Assembly: GCA_020137815.1 (NCBI GenBank)
Contig: CM035352.1
Coordinates: 186,001-250,000 of the forward strand
Source: Hormiphora californensis
Lineage: Eukaryota > Animalia > Ctenophora
DNA: 64,000 nt
Direction: 5' to 3'
Shown: piece by piece, positions 10,710 through 22,577 of the stretch
How the letters are laid out: every line of letters starts with the position of its first letter
Position numbering within the stretch: position 1 is the first letter of the stretch
Notes under the pieces: generated by a model
Databases searched by the model: none
Told to the model about the DNA's origin: nothing
The model's input: only the letters and a program-made list of their open reading frames with translations
Position numbers and translations under genes: made by a program

Positions 10710-13029
10710 ATGATGGATACGAGGGTACTCTCGACACTTCGGTGTTGTACCACTTTGCAGGTTCACTCTGTGACCGATCGTGGTGTGCGTTTATTATCTG
10801 AGACCCCGGTGTCGGATTGCTGTTTCATTGGTGTCACTTTTGAGAAACTGACAGGGGACACTATCTACGAATGTGCAAGAAGTTTGAAAGGTAGTGGTGG
10901 ACCCAGTGGCCTAGATGCGACAGGAATTTACAGAATTTTGTGTTCACGTAAATTCAGGAACGCCGTTCCAGCCCTCTGTACGGCCCTTGCCAAGATTGCA
11001 CGTACACTGTCAACAAACAAAGTGGACCTTAAATCATTAGATGTTTTCTGTGCAAGTCGCCTCATACCCATGTCCAAACCAGGAGGCGGAACACGACCCA
11101 TTGGCATTGGAGAGTGCTTTCGACGGGTCATCACCAAAGCTGTTGTACGAACGATTAAGAGCAGCATTAAGGAAGCAGCCGGACGAGTCCAGCTAGCCGC
11201 CGGCCAGATCGGTGGAGTGGAAGCAGCAATCCACTCTCTAAGAGAAAAGTTTGAGGCTGACGATTGTGAAGGAATCATATTACTAGATGCTGAAAATGCC
11301 TTCAATAATCTCAACAGGACCATGGCAATGAATAACACCAAGTTTTACTGTCCTGATTTCAGTACATTTCTGGTCAACATGTACGGAAAACCTCGACACA
11401 ATCCTACTGAGCGCCGAAGGAACGACCCAGGGAGACCCAGCGGCGATGGACCTATATTCAATCGGTATCCTGAGGTTAATCGAGCTGGCAGAGTCTCCGG
11501 ATATAGTTCAGGTGTGGTACGCAGATGATGGGAACGCATCAGGAGGTTTAACTGGGCTACTTTCATGGTACAACAAAGTAGTATCTTTTGGACCCAGTTT
11601 TGGGTACTTTGTCAACCCTTCCAAAAGTGTACTGATAGTAAAACCCCAGTTCCTGGAGACAGCTAAGAGCATGTTCGGAGATACAGGGATGCAAATAACA
11701 GCAGATGGGGCAAGACATCTGGGAGCAACCATTGGTTCAGAACGTTTCAAAAACTCGTTTGTTTCCAATGCAGTGTCCACCTGGCGTGAAGAGCTCAAGA
11801 ACTTGGTAGTTATAGCGAAGACCAATCCCCACCTTGCATACAGCAACTTTACGAGAAGTTTCAAGTTCAAGTGGGGCTTCATGCAGAGGACCATACCAGA
11901 TGTAGCAGACCTCTTTCAGCCGCTAGAGGATCTCATTCGATCCGAACTGATCCCCTGTTTTGCTGGTAGACAGGTGTCTGATTTGGAGCGAGAAATGTTT
12001 GCACTTCCGACTAATCTAGGCGGAATGGGGATTGACAATCCTGTGCTCACTAGCGACAGGGCCTTTGCCAACTCATGTTTGTTAACCAAGCCACTGGTTG
12101 ATGCTATTCTTGTACCACATGAGATTGATATGAACATGTCCAAAGTTGAGAAACTGGCCAGGGATGCTCGTGTTGAGATCGCTAAATCAAATGAGGGCCA
12201 CAACTCTGAAGCTCTTAAGAAGTTGCTGACCAGGATATCATGCCCGAAACTAGTGAGATGTCTTGACCTTGCAGGAGAATCTGGTGCATCAGGATGGCTT
12301 ACGACCAGGCCTTACCCCCATTTGGGCTTTGAGCTTAACCAATTAGAATTTGTTGACTCAATAGCTCTACGGTATGGATTTGAAGCGAAAGATCTAGGCT
12401 CAACATGTGCTTGTGGTAAGCCTAACGATACCGATCACACCTTGTCATGTGCTAAGGGCGGTTACACAATTCTCAGACACGATAATATCAGAGACCTTAT
12501 GGCTGAGATTTGTTCATATGCCGGCCTCAAAGCTGTTGAAACCGAAAAGCTTCTGCAACCATGTCCAGACGGTATCCAGTTTCACCCATCGGCAAACACT
12601 GCTCCTGACGCACGAATGGATGTGGTCGCACTAGACCTGTGGCGTAAATCGCAACTTGCCCACATGGATGTGAGAGTCTTTCATGCCAATGCGCCGTCCC
12701 ATATCAACACGCCCATTGATCAACTCTACCGAAGGAATGAGTCAAGCAAAAAGCAATCATACGGTAAACGGGTTCGAGAAGTTGAAGGAGGGACATTTTC
12801 TCCATTGGTCATGAACACAGCGGGTGGGATAGCTAATGAGTTTCACAAAGTCTTGAAGACACTCTCATCCCGAATCTCAACAAGAACAGGAGAACCATAT
12901 GCTGAAGTGATGGCTCACCTCAGAACGAGGTTACGGTTCTCACTACTGAGGACATGTCTCATAGCCTTGAGAGGTAATCGGAGGAAGATCACCATCGCCA
13001 ACCTAGCTTGCACTGAGCTTGTTACGTGA
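10710..13029 (+). mobile_element. Second, diverged CRE-clade non-LTR retrotransposon ORF (RT, zinc knuckle, RLE), frameshifted near 11395
   Basis: GSGGPSGLD, RPIGIGECFRR, LLDAENAFN, GTTQGDP (alternative frame), YADDGNA, RHLGA, CACGK...HTLSC...RHD, RMDV...DVRVFH...KKQSY. Confidence 0.9.
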
Positions 13030-13099
13030 AGTGAATAAGAAGAGGATAAGAAGAATTATCAAGACCATGAATTAATTTATTATATGTTTTTAGCTGTTA

Positions 13100-14128
13100 G
13101 TTAGGAACACTATTGGTGCGCGGTCGTGCCCACGGAAGGAGTGCTTGGATCATCTTGAAACCGGTTTTAAGTTAACTAATGCATATCCAAAAGTGTCTGT
13201 AGCTATTTGGGTGATGTTCTGACAATCCAATCACGAGTTATGACGAAAAAACCGTCAAAAAAGACGTTTTAAAGTGACAAAAAGGAGGATCTGAACACAG
13301 CCCTTATATGAAGGGTTAGGGCTATGAAACTTCTTGAGTGGACAGAGAATCGTCCAAATTTGTAGTGTCAACTTTGGAATAGTGTCTATTTTTTGTAGTT
13401 ATCATTTTGTCTCTTGAAAACCCTTATTGTCAGTCTCCGTGGTCACCGAGGTTCCAGTCCTAAGCGGTTTACAGACAGGAATGATTTTAATATTTTATAC
13501 TTGATTAAAAACAATGCAACGAATTAATTTATTTTAACCTTTATGTACTGATTACACTTATTGTTATATTCCGTATTAATGGGCCCGGTCAACCCGGTTT
13601 TTCGAAAAAAAATCTTTTGTAGTTATCTAATTAGAGCCGTTCAAACATGTGAGACGATCTGCAAAACAGGGTAATTTGGTACTGTTTCCGTCCCATATTG
13701 CTTGCTCTCACCGCTTGTATGCTTTAATCTGCTCTCTAATTGGGTAAATCTCGTCAAGTGATCACTTCACAAGCAAAAATACACAGTATTAGAGGCCCCT
13801 GCAGCATCTTCTCACATGTTTAAACAGCTGTAATTAGATAACTACATAAGATAGAAACTATTCCAAAGTTGAGACTGCAAATTTGGACGATTCTGTCCAA
13901 TCAAGAAGTTTCATAGCCCCAACCCTTCATATAAGGGCTGTGTTCAGGTCCTCCTTTTTGTCACTTTAAAACGTCTTTTTTGACTGTTTTTTGGTCATAA
14001 CTCGTGATTGGATTATCAGAACATCACTCAAATAGCAGATATGCATTAGTTAACTTAAAACCGGTTTCAAGATGATCCAAGCACTCCTTCCGTGGGCACG
14101 ACCGCACACCAATAGTGGTCCTGACTAC
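13100..14128. mobile_element. Foldback MITE with long inverted arms, hosting a short CRE 3' fragment
   Basis: ggaacactattggtgcgcggtcgtgcccacggaagg... and ...ccttccgtgggcacgaccgcacaccaatagtggtcc are inverted copies. Confidence 0.75.
13404..13614 (+). mobile_element. Severely 5'-truncated copy of the 3' end of the 7171-10171 CRE element
   Basis: Reverse complement of 7191-7380. 13-bp TSD ttttgtagttatc at 13391-13403 and 13615-13627. Confidence 0.85.
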
Positions 14129-14205
14129 TATGGTAGACTTGGGGGGACATTTCATTGCCCCACACGGTATATAAAATCATGTCAAATCGTGTTACCATAT
14201 GTTAA

Positions 14206-14674
14206 AGTGAGAGTGGACCGAATCAGAATTGAACAAGTTTGTTGTAGGTAGTAGAGATTAGCTTTCTGAGCATTTTGCGTTTTTGCCGCTCAAAATCGAC
14301 CCACCCATCACTGATATATTTTTGTTATGTTGGGAGAACTCCTGTTTAATCAGTATGTATAAAACAGAATAGAAACAATCGTGGTGTTTTACTAACACAT
14401 TCTGAATATAAGCAGTGAGGTTGACATGTCCATGCACAGAAGCAGGGCAATGCAAGCCAGCATATTAAAAATTTAAAGAATGTGTTAGTAAAACACAAGG
14501 ATTTTTTCTATCCTGTTTGATAAATATTGATCCAGCAAGAATTCTCCCAACATAACAAAGATATCTCAGTGATGGGTGGGTCGATTTTGAGCGGCAAAAA
14601 TGCAAAATGCTCAGAAAGCTAATCTCTACTACCTACAATAAACTTGTCCAATTCTGATCCGGTCCACTCTCACT
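14206..14674. mobile_element. TTAA-flanked palindromic MITE with AG...CT termini (Kolobok-like)
   Basis: ttaa-agtgagagtggaccg...cggtccactctcact-ttaa. Same family at 14972-17750, 35793-36253, 39189-42296 and 39460-39928. Confidence 0.85.
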
Positions 14675-14753
14675 TTAATAATGTAATAAGTACACAAAAC
14701 GAGCACACGAGAAGGGGCGGTAACAATTCATCAAAAAAATCCGACTTTAGCAG

Positions 14754-14855
14754 ATGGCTCGATGTAAGGAATTTCCGACGCTAAAAAATGATTTATTAAT
14801 CCGAGCAGCCCGTGGAGAAAAGGTGGAACGTATACCCGTTTGGGTTATGAGACAG
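14754..14855 (+). CDS. UROD: Uroporphyrinogen decarboxylase, coding exon 1
   Basis: [34 protein letters not shown], followed by a GTTAGT donor, phase 0. Confidence 0.95.
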
Positions 14856-15172
14856 GTTAGTATCGACCGAATCACTTGGTTACGAAGTTACCCCTTACCA
14901 GCGCGCGCGAAGGTCGCCCGGCGACCTGAGCTAGGGGTTACAGAAGCGGTTTGATTCACTTCAAAAATTAAAGTGAGAGTGGACCGAATCAGAATTGGAT
15001 AAAATTGTTGTAGGTACAGTCGGACCCCGATTTAGTGGCATCCTCGGGGGAACAAAATCCTGCCACTAAATCGGGGTGCCACTAAATCGGGGAGATCCAT
15101 ATTTGGCCCATAAAAACCTATTTTATGCCCAAAATGCTATACTACGACTAAAAACACCTCTAACTGTTATAT

Positions 15173-16560
15173 GCATCGAGCGCGTCTCTCTGGAGGTCCC
15201 TGGTTCAATTCCCGGTCGAACCCAGTATTTTTCGATTTTCTTCCCTATTTAATTCTTGCTCAGATCTCTTTATTCTGAATAATCAATTAATCTCTCCTTG
15301 ACCGAGATCTGCCCGTGTGTGTGTGAGATTCCCCTATATAACCGTTGTACGGAGGGCGTGTGTGTGTGTTGATCACCAGAAGGAGATATCAAAATTACTT
15401 CCTCTATCACATGGTGTCTAGCTAAGGGCATGTGCTTGAATATAGTGTGAAGAAATGCGATCTGTACAGGGGTTCGGTAGCTCAGTGGTAGAGCATCGAG
15501 CGCGTCTCTCTGGAGGTCCCTGGTTCAATTCCCGGTCGAACCCAGTATTTTTCGATTTTCTTCCCTATTTAATTCTTGCTCAGATCTCTTTATTCTGAAT
15601 AATCAATTAATCTCTCCTTGACCGAGATCTGCCCGTGTGTGTGTGAGATTCCCCTATATAACCGTTGTACGGAGGGCGTGTGTGTGTGTTGATCACCAGA
15701 AGGAGATATCAAAATTACTTCCTCTATCACATGGTGTCTAGCTAAGGGCATGTGCTTGAATATAGTGTGAAGAAATGCGATCTGTACAGGGGTTCGGTAG
15801 CTCAGTGGTAGAGCATCGAGCGCGTCTCTCTGGAGGTCCCTGGTTCAATTCCCGGTCGAACCCAGTATTTTTCGATTTTCTTCCCTATTTAATTCTTGCT
15901 CAGATCTCTTTATTCTGAATAATCAATTAATCTCTCCTTGACCGAGATCTGCCCGTGTGTGTGTGAGATTCCCCTATATAACCGTTGTACGGAGGGCGTG
16001 TGTGTGTGTTGATCACCAGAAGGAGATATCAAAATTACTTCCTCTATCACATGGTGTCTAGCTAAGGGCATGTGCTTGAATATAGTGTGAAGAAATGCGA
16101 TCTGTACAGGGGTTCGGTAGCTCAGTGGTAGAGCATCTAGCGCGTCTCTCTGGAGGTCCCTGGTTCAATTCCCGGTCGAACCCAGTATTTTTCGATTTTC
16201 TTCCCTATTTAATTCTTGCTCAGATCTCTTTATTCTGAATAATCAATTAATCTCTCCTTGACCGAGATCTGCCCGTGTGTGTGTGAGATTCCCCTATATA
16301 ACCGTTGTACGGAGGGCGTGTGTGTGTGTTGATCACCAGAAGGAGATATCAAAATTACTTCCTCTATCACATGGTGTCTAGCTAAGGGCATGTGCTTGAA
16401 TATAGTGTGAAGAAATGCGATCTGTACAGGGGTTCGGTAGCTCAGTGGTAGAGCATCGAGCGCGTCTCTCTGGAGGTCCCTGGTTCAATTCCCGGTCGAA
16501 CCCAGTATTTTTCGATTTTCTTCCCTATTTAATTCTTGCTCAGATCTCTTTATTCTGAAT
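15173..16560 (+). repeat. Tandem array of 4.3 near-identical 320-bp units, each with a tRNA-like Pol III gene
   Basis: tRNA-like starts at 15471, 15791, 16111 and 16431. Direct repeat tgttatatgca at 15165-15175 and 16562-16572. Confidence 0.92.
15471..15543 (+). ncRNA. tRNA-like (tRNA-Cys-resembling) Pol III unit with a degenerate anticodon arm; further copies at 15791, 16111 and 16431
   Basis: Acceptor GGTTCGG/TCGAACC, D arm GCTC-AGTGGTA-GAGC, T arm CCTGG-TTCAATT-CCCGG (one mismatch), T5 terminator immediately downstream. The anticodon arm is 18 nt, poorly paired and lacks U33. Confidence 0.7.
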
Positions 16561-18208
16561 GTGTTATATGCAATGTTCATGTATTGATGACATGATAATT
16601 TCTGATTAGAAATAGAAAATTTTTCGATTTTCTTCCCTATTTTAATTCTTGCTCTGAACTCATTATTCAGAAATAGAAAACTTTAAAATATTTTTTTCAA
16701 AAAAATTGTGAAAAATTTTCTAAGTTATACCAGCCCGTCCGATTTGTGTTTCGAATCGGTGCAGCTTACTGGATGTCCTGTCTAATTAGCAGGTTCGAAA
16801 CGAACCGATACGTGATACCATGCCGAATCGGGGTACCCTAAGCGGGTGAGGAAGTATCAAAATTTCAAAATAACTTTTTCTCTCAAAATTTTTGGGGAGC
16901 ACCGATCAAAGCATTGACAATCGTACTGTAAAATTTTGCAAAAAAGTTTTAAATTTTTTTTAAAAGTATACCAGCCAAGTCCGAATCGTGTTTCGAATCG
17001 GTGCATCTTATCGCATGTCCTGCTGCTAATTAGATGGTTCGGAACATGATCGCCATCGAATCGAAATTTTGACTCTTGGTGAACTTGTGATTCAATGGCC
17101 CCATGGGGATCACGTATCGGTTCGTTGCGAACCGTCTAATTAGCAGCAGGATATGCGATAAGATTCACTGATTCGAAACACGATTTGGACGTGGCTGGTA
17201 TACCTTTGAAAAATTTTCAAAAAATTTCACAAAAAATTTCAAAAAAATTTTGGGGGAAAAAAATCGTGCCACTAAATCGGGGTGCCACTAAATCGGGGGC
17301 CACTAAATCGGGGTTCGACTGTAGTAGAGATTAGCTTTCTGAGCATTTTGCGTTTTTGCCGCTAAAAATCGACCCACCCATCACTGAGATATCTTTGTTA
17401 TGTTGGGAGAATTCCTGCTGGATCAATATTTATGAAACAGGATAGAAACAATCCTTGTGTTTTACTAACACATTCTTTAAATTTTGAATATGCTGGCTTG
17501 CATTGCCCTGCTTCTGTGCATGGACATGTCAACCTCACTGCTTATAAGTATTCAGAATGTGTTGGTAAAACACCACGATTGTTTCTTTTCTGTTTTATAC
17601 ATACTGATTAAACAGGAGTTCTCCCAACATAACAAAATATCTCAGTGATGGGTGGGTCGATTTTGAGCGGCAAAAACGCAAAATGCTCAGAAAGCTAATC
17701 TCTACTACCTACAACAAACTTGTCTGATTCTGATTCGGTCCACTCTCACTTTAATAGCTCCTCGACCACTCAATGAAAATGCACCAAATTTTGGTATTCC
17801 CCACCAAATTGTCTGAAAATTACAATTCTGTACTCATATTTGAAAAATTATCTCCGGAACCTTGGTTTTAAGATCAGTTTTAGGTGTTAATGATGAATTT
17901 TTTTTTTGAAAAAGTAGGTCAGGTATGCTTAACATCATATTAAAGATCGTGGCAAAGTTTGAAGTTTTTATCTTCAAAGGTCTGGCCATCAAAATTAAAA
18001 AGGTCTTGAAGTAGGACCATTTGTACAAAATATGTTGTAACACAACTTCTACTTTGCCAAATTAACCCATTAGTGACCTGTGACGCGTTATCGCAACCCA
18101 GGTTTGGAGGCGTATTACGGCTAGATATGAGCATTTGAAATGCTGTAACCACCACACATCACTAGAGAATCGTTCGAACTAAAATTTTAGTCATTAAAAA
18201 GTTTTCTA

Positions 18209-18735
18209 AATTGGGGGGGGGGCCTGCCACAAAAATCTCAGCTACCCTCTTTTCGGCCGATGAGATTTTTGAGATTTTTGGGAAAATTTGCTCAATTACG
18301 TTTGAGATTTTTGAGATTTTTGTGGTAAATTGGCACAATTTTGGCTGCCAATACTCAGTTTTTCGACATATTTTTTATCTTAAAACTGAATCATAATAGC
18401 AGTTTAGTAATTTGAATAGGTAGATTTCATGTTTTAGCTTCACATTAACTTTTGTACTTGAACACAAGGAAAATTTCTATTCAGAATTTTCATTTTTGGT
18501 AGAAAAACACAAGGATTGTTTCTATTCCAAATTTTCGAATGGAAATCTCTCCTTTCTATGAGATTTTTGAGAAAAATTTGCGGGTTTTCCCCGAAAAATC
18601 GCAAATTTGCCTCAAAAATCTCAGAAATCCCACGTTTTTTAGCCAAAAATCGAAAATCTCAAAAATCCCAGCTACCCTGAAAATCGCCAATGAGGCATGA
18701 GATTCTTGCGGCAGGCCCCCCCCCCCCCCCAAATT
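18209..18735. mobile_element. Nested TIR element with poly-G/poly-C termini and gagatttt repeats
   Basis: aatt(g)n cctgccacaaaaatctc ... gagattcttgcggcagg(c)n aaatt. Confidence 0.65.
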
Positions 18736-19384
18736 GACCCTAATTTCCGTAATTATCAATCAAAAAGTACCAATTTCTGGCATTCGGACTAATGCACATA
18801 AATGTGCATTTATGTAATATATCTCGACTAGTTACCGATATGACACATAGCTGATCAGTTAGAGAAATGTTCAGAGATGTTTCTGTAAAAAAACTAGATC
18901 TCAAACGGATTTCCTGTTGGCCCTGTAGAGCCTCAAACAAGTGGGTTGCGGAAACGCTACACTGGCACGGGGCATATATTGGATGTTTTCAAAGCATGTT
19001 AAGGGGCAATTTAAAATAAATAAAAATTATAGGGCTATTTTTGGTGCCTTTTTATGTTTTTTAAAATCGATTAAAGCAAAAAAATCAACTCAAAAAATTT
19101 ATCGTTGCGTTTTCGCAACACACTTTTTGGCTGTTTCTGCCGGTTTCTGAGTCATTAAGTGGGATATTTAGCAAAATTATACATCAGTATGCTTATAAAC
19201 ATTACATTTTACAACCGTGGTTGGTTGAAAGTGTGTATATGAACCGTTTCCAATCGTTGCGTTTTCGCAACATCTATAAAGTAAACAATTTAGTACTGTA
19301 AATGACTCTGGGCCATTTTTATCTTGTTATTAACGATTCTAGTGTTTGATATGTCTAACCTATGACCTCGTGGGACATCTGGGA

Positions 19385-20480
19385 CGAGCTAGAGACACCC
19401 AGCACGACTTAGGGAGCACCCAGAACGGCAAAGAGAGCACCCAGGAGGTCCCAGTGATCGTCTGGGACAACTCAGAGACCACCAGCAACAACTTAGGGAA
19501 CGCCTGAAACAACCCAGGGGAGTGTGGGAGGACTCCTCGAGCAAAGTGGACGACTCAGGGAGCACCTGGGATGTCCCAGGACGAATCAAGGAGCATCCAA
19601 AACGGCAAATGGAGCACCCAGGAGGTCCCAGTGATCGTCTGGGACGACTCAGAGACCACCAGCAACAACTCAGGGAACGCCTGAAACAACCCAGGGGAGC
19701 GTGGGAGGACTCCTCGAGCAAAGTGGACGACTCAGGGAGCACCTGGGATGTCCTAGGACGAATCAAGGAGCATCCAAAACGGCAAATGGAGCACCCAGGA
19801 GGTCCCAGTGATCGTCTGGGACAACTCAGAGACCACCAGCAACAACTTAGGGAACGCCTGAAACAACCCAGGGGAGCGTGGGAGGACTCCTCGAGCAAAG
19901 TGGACGACTCAGGGAGCACCTGGGATGTCCCAGGACGAATCAAGGAGCATCCAAAACGACAAATGGAGCACCCAGGAGGTCCCAGTGATCGTCTGGGACG
20001 ACTCAGAGACCACCAGCAACAACTCAGGGAACGCCTGAAACAACCCAGGGGAGCGTGGGAGGACTCCTCGAGTAAAGTCGACGACTCAGGGAGCACCTGT
20101 GATGTCCCAGGACGAATCAAGGAGCATCCAAAACGGCAAATGGAGCACCCAGGAGGTCCCAGTGATCGTCTGGGACGACCCAGAGAGCACCAGCAACAAC
20201 TCAGGGAACGCCTGAAACAACCCAGGGGAGCGTAGGAGGACTCACCGAGTACACTGAACGACTCAGGGAGTACCTGGGAGGTCTCAGGACGACTCAAGGG
20301 GCATACAGGACGCCTAAAAGAGCGTTTGAGAGGTCCCCGAAAGCGCCCTGGGCGACTCAGGGAGCACCTTGGAGGTCCCAGTACGTTTCATGGAGTATAT
20401 AGGACTTTTTAGGGAGTATCTAGAGCGGCTCATCGAGCTCTCAGGAGTCTCCGGGAAGCACCTGGGACAACTCAGAGGAC
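19385..20480. repeat. 180-bp GC-rich tandem repeat (~4.5 conserved units plus decayed flank)
   Basis: gagcacccaggaggtcccagtgatcgtctggg recurs every 180 bp. Confidence 0.9.
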
Positions 20481-22405
20481 GCCCCAGTGAGTGATTATGG
20501 CCTGGGAGACACAGAATGGCTAAGGATATGCCCACTGGGCTTGAAAGTGGCTATACCCCCACACTAAACACTATATTTTCATGAATTTTCGGTCAAATTT
20601 ACAAATATTCAACCTTATTTTCTAATCCAACATGATCTCCCACCTTCCAATATCGATATGATTCACCCAATGTCGGTTCAAATCAACTTTAGTGATAATT
20701 TAACTGCTATTTCATAATGAAATTATATTGGTGTGAGGGTGGCACTATTTGCTGACATTTTTGCATGTTGCGGAAACGCAACCTTTCTGATTTCCTTCAA
20801 ATTCCCCATAGATACCGTAGTAAGACCTTTACGGTGCTGCTCAGTAGTATAGAAATCAAAAACACTGTACGAGATGGCCAGATTTGCTGTCGAATGAGGT
20901 GTTGCGAAAACGCAACGAAACTCTAAGCTGCCCCAAGCTTAAATCTGACTATCACAAACTATTTCTTCTATTACTAGACTGCCATTAATAACTTAGTTTG
21001 AAAAAAATTATTGAATGTTTAGCTGTTAACAGGCTCCGAATGTTGTTGCGAAAACGCAACGAAATTTAAACTTGCCCGGAGACAAAAACTAGATATCACA
21101 AATTATTTTCATAATAGATTGAAGTCTGTTAAGTGAAATTTTAAAATGATTGCATCATAATTTTAGCTGTAAAATGACTTTGAAAAGTGTTGCGAAAATG
21201 GGACGTGCCAGTGATGCGTTTTCGCAACAGGTTGTTTTAAGCACTTCCCGATAAGATAGAGACTTCCGCTTTTCAACTTACCATATTGGTGCTGCTAGGG
21301 CACTATTCCCAAAAAATTGGAAAATTTCTTCAAAAATTTCGATATCTGGGCACTAATGGGTTAAACCTGGTTTGAAACACTGAACTGCTAATCTATCCCT
21401 CCGAATACGGACGAAGTTTGAAACCGCCAGCTCTATTGACCGCTCTACAATACTTGTTTGTGTCAAAGAAATCAGGAAAGTAACAAGATTTGGTCTCGGT
21501 GTCGACCTGTGCGCAGCTCAGACCCCTAAGCTAGAACTATGTAGTGTAGACTACAACTTTTCAGTGCTCAGTATAACGTTTTGAGCGCGTTATGAAAATA
21601 GGGCAAGCGCTTCTGATACCTCTAAACAGAGTGTGAGGTGTCTTCGATACCAACCGAATCACTGGGCTAAGCTTTGACACCTAAAACCATTCGTGTACCT
21701 TATTCGGGGGGGGGGGGGGGGGGCACAGTGGGTAATTATGCCGCTTGATGGTCGTATAGCAAATATAGGAAAATCTACTGTGAAATTGGCCTGTTTACAA
21801 AATCTGGAATAGAAACAATCCTTGTGTTTTAATAGAAAATTCCAAAAATTGTCTTTTTATTTCAAAAAATGAAACTCGGGAAGCTTGAGTATAAATGTTT
21901 GATATTAAATAGACTTTTAAGCCATAAAACTATCTAGTAATCCTTAAAAAGTACATAATCCTCTAAATTAGTTGTATTTCTAGCTGTTGTGCACCCAGTT
22001 TTTATAAAAACTAAAACATTTGTTTTATTAATAATGCAGTGTAGCGGTGAATAGCGGTACATAATTTTTGTTGCGGATACTCGGAAGGGTCTATATTAAC
22101 ACGTGTAACCCTTGAATTTTCCGACTAATGACGACCAAACTACTATTTTTACTCTTATTTTCGTAAAAATAGGGTAATTTTACTATGCACACAGAAATGT
22201 TCACCGCCTATGAACGGAAAATCCAATTACCACATACTAAAAAGCATCAAAAAGACAAAATTATGATGAGTATGGTTAACATCTAGTTTGTCAGAGATAA
22301 AAAACATATAATGTAAGAAAAAAATCTGAAAATTGATAAATTTTACTGCCAAAATTGATTCAATTGCCATAATTTAAGTTTGCACATATTGTTTTATTCA
22401 TAATA

Positions 22406-22577
22406 CAGTCGGACCCCGATTTAGGGACACCCTCGGGGGAAAGGCTCTTGTCCACTAAATCGGGGTGTCCACTAAATCGGGGTCAAATAAGCTTAATTTC
22501 CTATATCGGGGGAAAAAAATCCTGTCCCTAAATCGGGGTGCCACTAAATCGGGGGCCCCTAAATCGGGGTCCGACTG
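22406..22577. mobile_element. 172-bp pogo-like MITE
   Basis: TA-cagtcggaccccgattta...taaatcggggtccgactg-TA. Confidence 0.88.

Larger units (their letters stand above)
15017..17321. mobile_element. TA-flanked pogo/Tc1-mariner-like non-autonomous element
   Basis: TA-cagtcggaccccgatttagtggc...gccactaaatcggggttcgactg-TA, with subterminal ctaaatcgggg repeats. Short family members at 22406-22577 and 44606-44777. Confidence 0.85.
14972..17750. mobile_element. Kolobok-like TTAA MITE containing a nested pogo-like element and the tRNA-like array
   Basis: Same TIRs as 14206-14674, split at a TA at 15015-15016 / 17322-17323. Confidence 0.82.
18066..21360. mobile_element. piggyBac-like non-autonomous element
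   Basis: TTAA-cccattagtg...cactaatggg-TTAA, with internal ttgcgaaaacgcaac repeats in both orientations. No transposase seen. Confidence 0.75.

Noticed and set aside
15471-16503. Cluster of functional tRNA genes
   Set aside because: The anticodon arm is 18 nt, poorly paired and lacks U33 and purine 37, so no anticodon can be assigned.
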